49,430 nucleotides of DNA from Chiloscyllium plagiosum. Lineage: Eukaryota. Under the pieces are notes generated by a model, which was not told the DNA's origin, did no database searches, and was given only the letters and a program-made list of their open reading frames with translations. The stretch spans positions 45,919,240-45,968,669 of the forward strand of contig NC_057718.1 in NCBI RefSeq assembly GCF_004010195.1. The letters run 5' to 3'. The stretch's first letter is position 1, and the number at the start of each line of letters is the position of its first letter. Shown in pieces: positions 25,251 through 39,160 of the stretch. The translations under genes were made by a program, and so were the position numbers.

Positions 25251-26827
25251 CATCACTGTCACCATTCCCTTAGTAATCCATTGCAATGAACCCCATGCCC
25301 AGTCTTAATTTTCCCACTTCTATCTGGAATCCACTTCTGTGCCCTGACTATTACTAAGCAAACCTCCAGAACTGTCTCGACAGAACAGCCACGATTAACC
25401 ACAGCCCTTTGCCAGACTAATGTCCCAATAGCACCTCAACAGACCTGTAATATTGAATATTGCTGAGTATCGCACGGTTAACCCACTTGGTTTAAAATTT
25501 AAACAAAGTCTGGCAATTAGCTGTCAATTGTCATTGATTATTGCATATCCTTTGGCTAAACTTCTACCAATCAGAATCCACATTTGCAAACCAATCTTGG
25601 TTAGTTTCTATGAAATGAATGTTGGTTTCCTCTTGAATTGGTATTCCTGTAAATTCTCCTGATGAGTGCAAGGTGAACAATTTTCACAAAATGTGTATTT
25701 TTTCAGCATAATTCAAGTTCTGTATTACCACTTGACTATTTATATATCTTTGAATTGGTTGCGCTTGACCTGCAGAACTGACTGTGGCCCAAATCCCAAA
25801 TTGCAAGTATACAGATCCCCAGACTCTGGGAATGCTTGACTGATAGCGGCCAGCCATTGCATTGGCATTAGATGAGCCACTTGACTGAAAGTTATTGTAT
25901 TCCCTGATTGACCATAGTCTCCCTTCAACCCTACAAATAAATCCTCCCTTTCAACTTTCAGTCATGGTCACTTGCTTCAAGCAAATATTTGCCAAGTTAA
26001 CTACTGGCCCATAATGCAGATATGATGTTAATGCAGTAAGATGCCAGACAGTGACATGTGTATCCTGTGAACTGTTCAATATTCTCCAACTTAACAAGCA
26101 GCCTGCCTCTCCCTCTTCTCCAAAAAAGTAACATAAATCACAGATACTGACAGCTTGTAACAGAGCACTGAAGACCCTGTGCTCTAAGAAAGCAATGTGA
26201 GCCACGCAGAGGTGGGCACCTGGTAAGTCAGTGCTGAATTCAGTGAGAGTGCACTCAGAAAGCAATGTGAGGTATACAGAGGCTGAGAGGCTCCAAGTAA
26301 ACATGATGTGAGTCATAACATGCAGATGCATGAGATGCATGTGTATCTCTCTTCATGTAAGATCATCTGCAGAAGCATGTAACTGATAGGTGTTGCAGAG
26401 CAACAAAGGGAATGAAGAAGGGTTATGCGAGTTGAATTTGGGGCAGACATGATGATGTCGTGAAGCTGGCGGTTTGCTGATGTGTCGGTGCAGATTTGCG
26501 TGAATGAACTGTCCAGCAGAAAGGTATCCATGGACCATGCAGGGATGTAGTTGTAAAGAAGCACTTGGATGATAACCAAGTTTACCCAGTTTACCCAGCT
26601 ACTCCATCACTGTATTCCTGCATGCTCCACAAGTACCAGTCTCTTCCACCTTCATGTACATAAGAGAAATTATCAAACTGGCAGCCTCAGAATATCACCC
26701 CAGTGCTTTTGGACCAACTCTCACATCACAGCAGCCCCCTTACAGACCTTACTTCAGAGCTTACAGTCAGTTAGGCCTTGCATGCTTCTACCTTGTGTTT
26801 TTGCACACGTGGACACAAATGTATGTT

Positions 26828-26911
26828 GAAAATGTGTTGCTGGAAAAGCGCAGCAGGTCAGGCAGCATCCAAGGAACAGGAGAATCGACGTTTCGGGCAT
26901 AAGCCCTGTGA
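26828..26911 (-). mobile_element. Solo 84-bp PLE family A fragment
   Basis: 13-bp TSD ACAAATGTATGTT at 26815-26827 and 26912-26924. Confidence 0.92.
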
Positions 26912-28849
26912 ACAAATGTATGTTCACAGGATGACGCATATGTCTTCTAGCTTGCTTTCTTAGAGTTGGCATTTACTATGTGGCTGGTGGCATTTTGCAG
27001 CTTGCATTTCTGTTCAGTGCAAGCTGGCAGCTTATAGCAGTTGCAAGTCCTGAACAGTCAAGAGGCTGGATATGTTTCTGTATGCATGGTGCTATCTCAG
27101 TGTTACACTTACAACACATACCAGCAGCTTCCACAACCATCACACTGCATGTGCTTCAACCAAATGTCCATGTCTGAAAGTCAAAGTCCTTCTGGAGTCG
27201 AGGGGGACTATGTCATTTGAGGATTGCTACCATGCTCAGTGCAGGGGCTCATCCTATCTCAATCCAATGGGTTTGCCACAGTCAGGCATATCATTGGTCT
27301 TACTAGAGTTCAGAAGTCAATGCCTTTGAAGACCAGGAACTGGGTAATGGTCAGTTCTGTAGGTCTAGTGCAACTAGTTCATGGATCACAGGAATGTCAG
27401 GTGGGCGCTATGGTGACATCCATCTGAGGCTACATCATGTGCGGTCAGGACTGTTCTCCCAGGTCAGTCCAGGAGCTGGGCCAAGATCAGTCCTGTGGGT
27501 CAAGGTATTAATGGTCACAGGGTGCATCAGGAGGTCTCCATACACTCCTGTGGAAAACGAGGTGCTCAAGTTGGGTGTTTGGCTCATTGAACTGGGTTAT
27601 TGAGGGAATTATAATGGTCATAGGGACAATTCCAGAGAGAAGGGTGGAGTCTCATAGTGCACAGGAGGGAACTTTTAAACAGTTTTCAATCAACCTAGCC
27701 TCCATATGAGGAGAATGAATAGCCAACAAATACATGGCCATTTGCAAAGGCATTAAAAGTATTATAAAGGGGCTGAATGGAAAGGGGAGGAGGCTCAAAG
27801 TGACTAAAAGTGACATAGGGCTGTAACACAACAGAAAATGTGAAGGTTGGGGAGATCATTAATTGTCTCTCACAGGGACACAAAATTCAACCAGAGCATA
27901 ACCTCTGTTCTCCATTTTGAATATAGCCCTTTAATCGTAACTATGCCATCATCGCATCAAAGTTAGCTACCCAGAAAAAGAGACAAAGTAGCTGCTGCTG
28001 CATGTAGAGTAAGTGGAGTAAGTCTTTCTCTTCAGTAGTGTAGTATGATGATTGTGTGTGAGTCACTGTGTGGGGCAATTGTATGAATCATGCATCCACT
28101 GGTTCAGTAACGCCACCCGTCTGCCATTAAATTGGATTCAATTGAAAAGTCATTCTTTCGGCAACTATAGACATTGCAAATTGAGACCTCAAGCAATCAA
28201 TATCATGAAATACTTTGCATTAATTAGCCCTGCCATCATGTCAGATAGACAATGCTATGCAGAAGCACACTTTACCACTTCACCCGACTTTACCATTTCT
28301 GCATTGATTTTCTTATCAGACATCGGAAAACCATGCTTTGGAACTGCAACATTTCACACCAAACTGCATGTATGTGACATTCATGGGTGATTTTTGTTCT
28401 TGGGTGGAGACGCAGTCACAGCAGAGAAGTGCTTGCATTTAACTCACCCAATGTAGCGTTTGTAATTTGGTTCAGCAACATTTATCTGCATTGGGTTTCA
28501 GAGCTCAGAGTTTCAAATCAAGGCATGGCATCAGCCTCCTTGTAAAGATAAAGCCTCCATGTCACAATGTGTGAGTCCATAAGATGTTGTTTAATTGTGC
28601 TTGATGTTAGGAATCTGGAAAAGTCCAGCTGACATGCTGTTCTGTTTCTGACATCTTCCACAGATTATCTGCTCCCTGAATTGAGATGAAACCAGCTCTC
28701 AGAAGTTACTTTGTGGCTTTGTTAACTATGAGATTCCAGCATTAAAGAAGACTTCAATTGGAAGACCAGCAACAAGAGGAGCCTCCAGAGGCTGTCATAC
28801 TGGATGGAGAGAGACAGCTGAAGATCAACCAAGAGGAAGATGAGAGTGA

Positions 28850-29400
28850 CCACCACCTGAATATTCAGGTTTCGCTGTCATTATCTACTGCTGTCAGAAA
28901 CACAATGTAGGCACAGACTGAGGATACTGTAGGTCATCATCACCAAGCTGTCATCAGTTGGAGTAGAACTTGTACTTGGAGGGAACAGAATGCCATCCCA
29001 TTCTGTACCTGTCAAGGGCATAGTCGCCTTGAATGTTTATGCCAGTAGCTTATTCTAGTAGTAACTGGACACTTGTGTGGCATCACGGTCCAAAAATGCA
29101 TCCAGGATGTCACTGGTTCCATTTTCTCCAGATTACATCAGTTTATATCCTTCTCTTGTGGAGAATCAAACAGTGGAATTCTTTACCATCAGCAGAAATG
29201 GGGGACTGACAGCATTCCTCTAAGGATAAGGACATTGATGCAGAGGCACATGCAAGCGTTCTTGGTAGAGCTATACATCTTTGAGCTTGCGAGGCCAGAC
29301 AGAACATCATTGAATTCTGCTTTCAGGAAGAATAAGCTGGGCTTTGATTTCCTTTCATTGTGTTACTTCCTGTAGGTTATACAGCAATGAGTCCCTGGTC
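28850..29400 (+). pseudogene. PIF/Harbinger (HARBI1-like) transposase remnant
   Basis: Translations VPVKGIVALNVYAS and TGHLCGITVQKCIQDVTGSIFSRLHQFISF fit the N-terminal HTH region of Harbinger transposases; stops and frameshifts present. Confidence 0.65.
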
Positions 29401-29661
29401 ACTCCACAGTACTGTGGACCTGTTTGCCTGCAGATTCCTTGAACTTTTCTATGGATGAATAAATGTTTTGTTATCCATATGATTGTACTTGTGCCAACTT
29501 GAACTGACTTAACTGGAAATAATTTGTTGTTTAGAGACCCCCTTTAGTATTCTGGAGATAGAAGCAGTCAGTGAGACAGGGCAGTTACATTGCATGGCAT
29601 GATACTATGTCCAGATGGCTTTTAAGACTTCAGATCGCATATTGAGTGTTGTGCATGATTG

Positions 29662-30543
29662 TGTGAAAACTGCATAGATTACATATTGAAATATAAATTG
29701 GAGAATTGAAGTTTGCATTCTTAGTTTTTTTTTGACAATTCAAAGGAAAAGTGAAACTATGTGGTGTTCACTCATTAGTTAGGTAAGAGCATGTGACTTT
29801 TGAAAGAAGCTGAATTTGATACCTTGTGAGACTAAGTGGTACCAGGCACCTTTGGATTCAACAGCTTCTATAGAAGTATTAAGGAACAGTTTTGTCACAG
29901 TATTGAAGGACTGGAACAGTTGAACTAAGATGTCCAAAAGCCTTCAAGCTAGCCAGATCTCTCTCTTTTTCTCCTACAGTGGAATAAAACAAATACAAAC
30001 AGATATTTCAAGAAAAGAATTTCTACCTCAAGCAAAAGGCCTAGGTCCAATTAACCAGCTGCAGAATAGAGAATCATCACAGTCAATAATGAAGTGATAT
30101 TATTGCCAAAAAACAAACCAAAAAACTCTGAGTACGTCACCTCATTCACTTCTCTTTGGTTGTTTGGATTCTTGATCCACAGACTTTGTTCCTTTTTGCC
30201 TACATTTTCCACACATGACAATCCTGTAAAGCAGTTTGTCTTGCCTTTACTGTCCATCCAATTGTAAATTAATGTGTGTGTGTTTGAATTTAAAGGGCTT
30301 AGTTTGCATATTAGTAATTAATAATCAATCTTAGACACTTACTGAAGTATATTTATTTACAATAAATATGCTTTTTGTTTTCATGTTCATTGATGAAACC
30401 TGTTGTGAGTTTCATTTATCTTATATATTGGTCACAATCAACATTAGCCAGCTTTGAGATTAAATTGGTCATTTACACATTTCTGACAACACGTGAATAA
30501 AAGGCTTGATTTTTTGCGCACTCTTCCCATTAGGGTTGTGACA
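29662..30543 (+). mobile_element. Probable solo LTR
   Basis: TGTGA...GTGACA termini, AATAAA near 30361, imperfect 4-bp TSD ATTG/ATAG. Confidence 0.45.
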
Positions 30544-30764
30544 ATAGGCAGCAGTTTGGGAGCAAATGTAAGGCACCTTCATTACATATTTCTATTGGTT
30601 GGCTCTCAATGCATCCAACTTCACATAGTTTGGGAAATTGCAATAAAATTCTTGATCATCCTATAGGATGGTATCTAACCTAACAGAGGTGATGCTTTAT
30701 GCACATTTTCTTGGCAGGCTACCAAGCTATGAGGAAGAGTGGAGATGTGAAAAGTAAACGTGAA

Positions 30765-30905
30765 CGTTACCATAGTCCCAGAGGACTATATGCTGCTCTT
30801 TCATCAGACACAGATGACAGTTAAACCTGAGGGTTACTATGCCCCAGACCAGAAATGAAGTTGAGAAGGTTGGGCTGTCATTGTGAACTCAACTAGCAGG
30901 GCAAT
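30765..30905 (-). mobile_element. Old tRNA-derived SINE (same family as 12840-13010)
   Basis: TAAACCTGAGGGTTAC is the approximate reverse complement of GTGACCCTCAGGTTAA. Confidence 0.6.
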
Positions 30906-32379
30906 TGTACGAGTCTAGATTAGAGTGGTATTTGCACTGTTAACATCAGCCAATTGAACTAATTGACCTTCCCATCATATACCTCCCAGGTTTAAATGGT
31001 AGTACACCCACTTCTAAACCTGAAACAACAATGCAAAGTTGCTTCAGATTTGTGTGGAATTATCATTGATTTCTTGCTCTCATTCATAGGCTCGGTGCAC
31101 GTGTGGATGATCAATACAGGCCAGGCTATATCATGATCACTTCACATTGCTTGTAGCCTCAGTATTGTCCACATTAAAGTACAACATCTTGGCTACAGTC
31201 ATCAATGTGACAGTTCAAAGATCTCTGTCATCTGATGCGAGCTGCAGTCAAGGAGTTGATTGCTTGTCAGACCTGAGTAAAGCTCATCCATGGCAACTGC
31301 TTTCATCCTTGGGATTCCTGAAGTGGATGTTCATATGTCAAATGGACAAATGGCAAATATTCCATGTCAACAGTAAAGAGAGATAGGTACACATTTCAAA
31401 ATTTTGACTGAACATATATTTACAAATGCAGCTGGCCACATATATTTGTGCCCTTGGTAAGGCTTTTCTTCCTTTCCCTCTCATTATACATTAATGCAGT
31501 CCAGGACTCCACAGCCGTCATGAATGGAGTTTGCTCAATAGTTGACCTGTTGGGTTGGGAGATTTGGCTAGTCATCCACTACGGCATTTGGATCAGGAGC
31601 ACACAAGCCCACTAGGAGTGTCCCGATCAGATGCAGGTTCACCATCCTCGATTGGACCTCTGCAGACTTTGGCATCATGAGTGATGGGTGAAAGGGCAGG
31701 GCAGCTCCAGAGCAGCCAGCTTCTGGGTGTTCTGTGTGTCGCTCCTCCTCCATCTGGGTGATTATTACTACCAACATGTCTCCCTGAGAGGAAGGGGCAC
31801 TTGGAGTGAAGTTGAGGTCCTCTATCGTCCTCTCATTTTGCCATTGATGCTGAGTATCAATGGTTCTAGCAATGTAGGGCAGTCTGTTCACATCCCTAGC
31901 AGATACTGTGTGCTGGACCTGGGTCTCTGTAGTAGTGGCCAACCCTGTTCATGGAAGCAGCCAGATGCATATATGGAGGATCCACCTTCTTTGCTGTAAT
32001 AATTCAGTAATTCATAACAGTGATGATGCCATGATCACAATTCTCAAAAAGCTCCCCTGCTTTGGCATTCTTACTTGACCAACTTCCTTCCAAAACATTT
32101 GATCCAGCAAAGGTCCGTTCCTTGTTTGGAAGTATCAAAACAATTCTCCTGAGCACACTTCCAATACTTATCCCATTCTCTTCTTTTAACAAAACCATTG
32201 CTGCAACCGATATTGAGATAGTCAAAGTCTCCTTTATCGCCATTGTATAAGTCAAGAATCTCTCAGATTCCTTGAGAAATCTGCTTGTCTATCTCTTTCC
32301 CATTATTTGGTGGTCCTTAAAATACACAAGTTATATTTCCATTAATTTGCATAAATCATGAGCACAGAATGCCCTGAGA

Positions 32380-32705
32380 TGACTTCCAGGCAATTAAATC
32401 TTTTCTAAGCATAGTCACTGTTTTTGATATCAAAAATATTGCAGATATTTCACGTGATGCAATCTCTCAGAAATAAGGATATGGTAATGACCAGATAATT
32501 TGTTTTGGGTGTTGGTTAAAGGAGAATTGTGAGCTCAGACTGCTGTGAACTCCAATATACTCTTCTTTTGAATAGTATGGCGGGATCTGTTATATCCACC
32601 TGAGAAGGTAGATACAGTCTCAGTTTAACAATTCATCCTCCAATATTTGTCAGTGCAACACTTAAGTGTCAGATTAAATTCTGTTCACAGATTTTGAACT
32701 ATGAG
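32380..32705 (-). mobile_element. Degraded Deu-domain-like SINE (AmnSINE/SacSINE type)
   Basis: TGAATAGT...GGGATCT.TTA.ATCCACCTGAGA...CTCAGTTTAAC resembles the Deu domain (from memory). Confidence 0.5.
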
Positions 32706-32710
32706 CAATT

Positions 32711-33395
32711 TGATAATATTTGTCTGCACACATAAAAACCTGAGCTAGTCCAAACTCACTTCGGCCCTACACAAGAATTGTTATTGGCCAAACCAAACCT
32801 TCTCAAAATATATTAAGGAGATAGTCTCGGCCCTAACTTTTTCCTGTTTTAAAGGTAAGGCATTGTGTTACAGATGCAGTTCGATTGTTCAAACTATGGA
32901 CTTTAAGCAAAACACATTTTATCTATACACTACAGTACAGACAGCATAAAAATAAAATGAAAGAATTGGCTTAACTGTAACTTTATCAAAATGCTTTTAA
33001 AAAAAATATTAATACTAATTAGTTGCTCCAATAGTGTAACATCCTACAAACACACCCTTGGCAAAGGCAAATTCAGTATAATCTCACATCTAATTTTTGC
33101 TGCAGGAAGAGAACCCTAGCTTTTAGCTGTAACAGAGAGAGGAATAAAAGCTTCCACATCCAGCTTCAAGAGCCAAGCAAGTGCTAAAGTCTAAAACTAA
33201 AAATTCTGGTTCTGTGGGAGCATGACCCCATCCATTCAGGCTGCTTCTACTGTTCCAACTTTTAAAAAAAATTGAAGGCCTCTCAAACTGTATACTTTAT
33301 TCATTTTGAGCAGCTCACTCAATACCTCTTCTCTCAACCTTTCTTTATAAAAATAACTAGGACAAACTACACTTCTTGAAATCATAGTATTGTCA
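32711..33395 (-). repeat. 3' LTR of the Gypsy element
   Basis: TGACA...TATCA termini on the minus strand, preceded by polypurine tract AAGGGTGAAGGAA (33396-33408); homologous to 37690-38056. Confidence 0.8.
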
Positions 33396-36300
33396 TTCCT
33401 TCACCCTTAAAATAATTAACCATAAATATACACAAATGGCTTTATTTTTAAAAAGCTTAAGTCATATACTATTAGTACACTGTAATACATTTACAGTACA
33501 TTGACTCTAACATTACAAACATTCACTCAGAGTCCATTTTAGTCCATTTGTTCCCGCCACCAAATTTGCGACAATGGTTGGAAATTACATTCTCTTGCCC
33601 TGACATGTGGAAATTTTTCCCAATTGAATGGCTGCAATAATAAGCTCCATCTAAAAAGTGTGGAATTTTTATCCTTAAATTTTTCAAAAACTTTAAAGAG
33701 TAATGATCAGTATATACAATTATCTCAGATGCATTACTGGCAATATAAATGTTGGTAACGCCAACACAAATTTCAAGGCCTCCTTCTCAATTGTGTAATA
33801 TTTCTGTTGATGATTATTCAACTTTCTGGAAAAACAACCAATAGGCCTTTCTATCTTATTGTCATCATCTTGCAAAAGTACAGCATTGACCCTCACATCA
33901 CTTGCATCAAAAGCCACTTTGAATGGCTTTGCATAATCAGGTGTGGCTAAAGCTGAAGCAGTAGTGAATACAATTGTCAGGCTGTCAAACTGTTGTTTTT
34001 TGAAATGTGGCTACCTCATTTTTCATACCCAATGGCATAACTTTAAATTGGCATGATGAAAGCTGGAATGTCTTCACTCCTTCAGATAAAGGTACATGAC
34101 AGTATCCTCTGAGTAAATCCAACTTTGAAATATGAGTTGTTTGTTGCACCTTTCAAATGTGGAATAGGATGTGGATCAGATTTTGTAATTGCATTGACTT
34201 TACTATAGTCCACACATAACCTTTGGGTACCATTTGGTTTTGGCACCATTACAATGACAGCGCTCTATTTACTGCAACTCATTTTGATTATATTGTCTTT
34301 TTTTAAACCTGTGCAAACATTAGATGTTAACTCTATAAGGATGTAGCTTAATTGGAGCAGCACTTCCTATATCTACATTACACATAACCCGATTAGTACT
34401 TTCCAGCTTATTTCCACATATCTCTCCATGTGATTGTAATAACTCTTTCTGGTCATTTTGATTTTCCTCTGGAAGGTAACTCAATGATATATCCCAATTT
34501 TTGACAACTTCCTCATCAATTTAATTCAAGCAATGCTTAATTCAGGATCATCTGAACTTGGTTGTTCACTCTGTGTTACAATGTAATACATTTTCCTTTT
34601 GCTTTCCTTCTCTGTCAAAATGCCTTTTGAGAATATTCACATGATATACTCTGTGAGATGTCTTTCTATCTGGTGTGCTTATCAAACAATTCACCACACT
34701 CAATTTTCTTTCTTGATAAGAGTCACTAAACCTTAAAGGGTCACCTACCACTGGGAGTAACATGAACACATGGTCTCCATGAACAAAATTACAAATTTTT
34801 CATCTCTTATCTGCTTTCTTTTTCATCACATGCTGTGCTACTTTTAAATGCTATCTAGCCAACACACCCACTCTATTTAATCTTTCCCTAAAATTTGAGA
34901 CATTGTACATAAATGTGGTCTCTGAATTCTAACTCATCAATTTCTCCTAAACTAATTTCAGTCATCCTCTCAACTTGTGCTGTAAACTTAATTCAAATGG
35001 ACTGAATTTAGTTCATCCATGAGGTGCATTCCTAACTATAAAATGTACAAATGGAATTCCTTTACCCCCAATCCACTGGACAGTCTTGACTACAAGCCTT
35101 TAACATAGTTTTTAAAATTTGACGCCACTGTTCAAATGCTCCAAGTGATTCTGAATGTACAAAGTTGATTTGAATTGATTTATTCCTAAACTATCCATAA
35201 CTTCCTTGAATAATTTTGATGTCAAAGTTGATCCTTGGTCCAATTTTATTTCTATGCATAGTCCATATCTAGTAAAACATTTGAGTAACTTTTCTACAAT
35301 CCTTTTAGCCATGATACTGGGAACTGGAACGGCCTCTGGAAATATAGTAAACACATCTCTTACGGTCAATGAATACTGATTCCCACTTTTTGTTTTAGTT
35401 AGGTGTCCGACACAATCAATTAAAACTCTTAAAAAGGTTGCTCAAGTGCAGGAATGGGTATTAAGGGCATTGGTTTTATCACTGCCTGAGGTTTTCCAAC
35501 TATCTAACACATACAACATGTCTGGCAAAATTCAATCACATCCTTATGCAGTCCAGGCCAATCAAAAATGCTTTTGTATTTTGACTTGAGTTTTCCTTCC
35601 TCTCAATTGACCTCCTACTGGTAATTCATGTGCTATCCCCAAGACCCCCTTTCTATAACCCACCGGTAATATTAATGAACTTCTGCTAATTTTTTATCCG
35701 CCTGAATATGTCATGGTCTCCATTTCCTCATCAAGACTTCATTTTTAAGATAGCAACACTCTGGGATATAGTCAGATTCAACTTCTGTGTATGCTTTTTA
35801 GTACAGCTACTTTAATTTTTCCTCTTTCTGTTGTAATTCAGCTAATGTCTCTGAACTAAAATATCCACGTTGTCCTCCACCTGTCTTGCTTTTTTTTTCT
35901 CAACCATTTTATCAAGCATAGTTTCTGATAATTGAACTTCAACCTCCTTATCTTTACTCTTTGATTTCTCCTCCTGTTTCCAACTGAAGCTTTGTGTCCT
36001 TGTTACCACACAGTCAGGGAAAATCACAGGATATACCTCCTGTAATACTTTGGTTGACTGATTTTTCACTGGCTTTTCAACCACAATAGGTATCACTCCC
36101 ACCTGTGATCCAGCAATATCATTACCAGAATGAACTGAATTTCTCTATTGCTCCTACCACCCCTTTGCCAGTTTTTACTGGACTCTCCAACATCACTTCA
36201 TATAACAGAATATTATTTTTCTCATCATGAATTCCACATATTACCACTTCTCCTGGCAATACTCCTTCTGAATTACTTTTCTCCTCATCTGTCACCATTG

Positions 36301-37689
36301 AATATTGACTTGCTCCTGTATCTCTTAAAATTTTAATTTCTTTACTTACTCCTCCTGACATACGTGAATAAACCTCACTCACACAAGTAAATTCTTTAAA
36401 GAGACCTGGCACTTTATTCTGAACCAACCCATGATCAGGTTGCATATTCCTTTGCAGTTTTTTTAGCTTACACGATGCTTTCCTTTAATACTCCATTAAA
36501 ACTCACTGGCTTATCTTGTTTTCTCACATCCATATTCCCAGTGCTTTTCTAAACCACCATCACTGCAACTTCATGTGGTCTACTTTATTACAATGAAAAC
36601 ACCTGAGCCTTTTTACTTTTCTTTACCACTCAAAGGTTTCCTTTTTACCCTGTGGTAAATTATCTTTACTATCTTCAATGTGATCTCCTTTTCCCTTACT
36701 GCCTGAGGATGTCTCTTTTCCCAATTTCTATCCCTCACAGATTGAATTTGATGTCAGAAGCCAAACTTTGATTTAATGAACCAACTCATAATCATCTGCT
36801 GCTAATCTTGTAGTCTTAACTTTCTGCTTTTCCAAATGAGTTCTCATTACTTCAGGAAGTGAATTTTTGAACTCTTCCAAAATACTCATTTCTCCAAGAG
36901 TGTCATATGTTGGATTGATTTTCAATGCCCCGATCAACCTATCAAAATTGCTTTAACCCTTTCAAACTAATGTGTATTAGACCAATGTATTAGATTCCTA
37001 AAACATTGCCTGTCGGCTTCTGGTACTAAATCATATGCATTTAAGATGGCATCTTTCATCTCACCATACTCCCCAGATATATCCTCTGAAAGTAATGCAA
37101 ATACTCACTAACTCTACCTACCAACTTTGGATCAACAATACTCACATGGTCACCAGCATTTCATTTGTTTAGCCACTTGCTCAAATGAAACAAAAAGGTC
37201 TTCTACATCCCTCTTGTGGAACTTAGGCAATACTTGAACATATTTAAACAGATCCTTATCAGGCATTTGGCTATGATGGGATTGCTCTCCATCTCTGTAT
37301 GCCTCACTAATCCCACTTTTCATTTCTACCTTCGCCATTTTAAGTAAACTTTGAGTTTTCAGTTCCAACCTCTAAAGTTCAAGAACTCTCTCTTTCCCCC
37401 TTTCTTCTATGAGGGTAATTCTTTCCTTTTCTTTCTGTTCTGTCAGGGCTATTGTTTCCTCTTCTTTTTCCTCTGCTGGAGCTATTCTTTCTTTCTGCTT
37501 TCATTTGTAATACAAATTATTTCATTTCCTTTTCATGTTCTAGCTGTTTAATTTGCAATTGAACTTGAGCTAATATCCAATTATTCTGATGGCATTTTCA
37601 GCAATTGTAAATGTTGAGCCATTGCCTTTGAGTCCAATAATCCTAAACCCAACTTGGAATTAGAGATTTTGAATCCCAGACAAACTCTT

Positions 37690-38056
37690 AATAAAATTAA
37701 CTACTACTAACTAACTGTTCCAATAATAGTAACATTCCATAAACCCATCCTTGGCAAAGGCAAATTCAGTAAAATAGTTTGTCTCACATGCAGTTCTCTC
37801 GCAGGAAGAGAACCTCAGCTTTTAGCTGTAACAGAGAGCTTCAAGACCCCAGCAACTGTGAAAGCTAAAAATAAAAATCCTGGTTCTGTGGGAACTTGAC
37901 TACACCCATGCAGGCTGCTTCTATTGTTCCAACTTCTTAAAAAAACCTAAGGCCTCTCAAGCTGTTTATTGGCTTTGAGCAGACCAGTCCACACCTCTGT
38001 CTCAACCTTTCTTAATTAAAAAAGGGACAGAACACACTTCTTTAAGTCATATTATT
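37690..38056 (-). repeat. Partial 5' LTR of the Gypsy element
   Basis: CCTTGGCAAAGGCAAATTCAGTA, AGCTTTTAGCTGTAACAGAGAG and CTGGTTCTGTGGGA shared with 33010-33390. Confidence 0.85.
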
Positions 38057-39027
38057 CTTTGTAGAATCTAAGGAAGCTTTTTTTTTCCCAGTTGGAGCAT
38101 GGTTCAATACCTGGTTTCAAGGTTAAAAGACATTATGCATGATAGCGTCAGTCTGGAAAATATTTGTGAGCATCAAATGTAGCATCCCTAAAAGTTAAGT
38201 GTTTCGTAGTGAAGCTGAGAAAGTCTTTCTTCCTTTGAAGCTTCCTTGAGCTAAATTGCTTCAAAGGTTTTTTTTTCATATGTGCACATCATCAGATCCT
38301 GGAGTATTTTAGTGTAGTTATTATCAAGGTCTCTTGTTCAGTAGGAACTCAGTGTCAATTCAGAAAGCATTTTTGAGTATAAAGAAAAATACTGAGAAAT
38401 AAGGGAAATTTAAAAAGGTTTTTGAAGTTTCTGCCAGAAAAAAAAAGTTTAACAGATCAAACAACTCTGCTGCATCTATATAATAATGCATGTGGGAAAC
38501 TCACTGCGACAGGCTTTATTATGGATGCCCATTGTTGGGATTGCTGTTTTGCATCAAACAACAAGACTGTTTTATTATGAACTAGCATCAAAATAATTTA
38601 AATAATAAACAATAAAGTTACCAGATATAATTTTTATTAAAATGAATGGCTAAGGCCAGTAGTTAATATTAAGTGAGTTTTTTTCAGTTAATGTGAGTTT
38701 AATGTATCCTCAATTCTCTTGACGATACACATCTGTCACTTTACCATTTGGTGCCTGATAAACCAGGTCAGGCAACAGCTGAGTGGGAATGTACAGCTGC
38801 AGTCTATTTAACCCTCTCATATTAATAAATATGACCCTGGTAAAATAGCAATACTGGAACATTGTCTTTTCCTTTCCAAACTTTTCCAAACTTAAAATAA
38901 TATTACTTTTACTAGATTATTGGTAATTGAACCACAATGTTGATTATTATTAGTGACACAATTGAGACAGATACCCATTTCAGCCAAAACTGAAATAATT
39001 AGCTCTTTCCAATTATTATATACAGCA

Positions 39028-39160
39028 GAGAGTCATACAGCATGGAAACAGGCCCTTCAATTCAACACATCCCTGCCAACCAGGTTTCCTAAACTGAACT
39101 AGACCCATTTGCTGGCATTTGGCCCATATCCCTCTAAACCTTTTCTATCCATGCACCTCA
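39028..39160 (-). mobile_element. CR1 extreme 3' end fragment
   Basis: GAGTCATACAGCATGGAAACAGGCCC...CCCATATCCCTCTAAACC. Confidence 0.85.

Larger units (their letters stand above)
32711..38056 (-). mobile_element. Decayed Gmr1-like Ty3/Gypsy LTR retrotransposon
   Basis: gag LPKF..DVE..F.SFE.VA (37150-37368); knuckle CFHCNKVDH (~36570-36605); protease ILRDTGASQ; integrase WPGLHKDV..FCQTC and FPEAVP..DQGS (35100-35630); RT VPKPNGTQRLCVDY (~34200-34250); RNase H DASD..AVLLQ..FSRKLN..Y.TIEKEAL (33720-33917). Confidence 0.92.
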
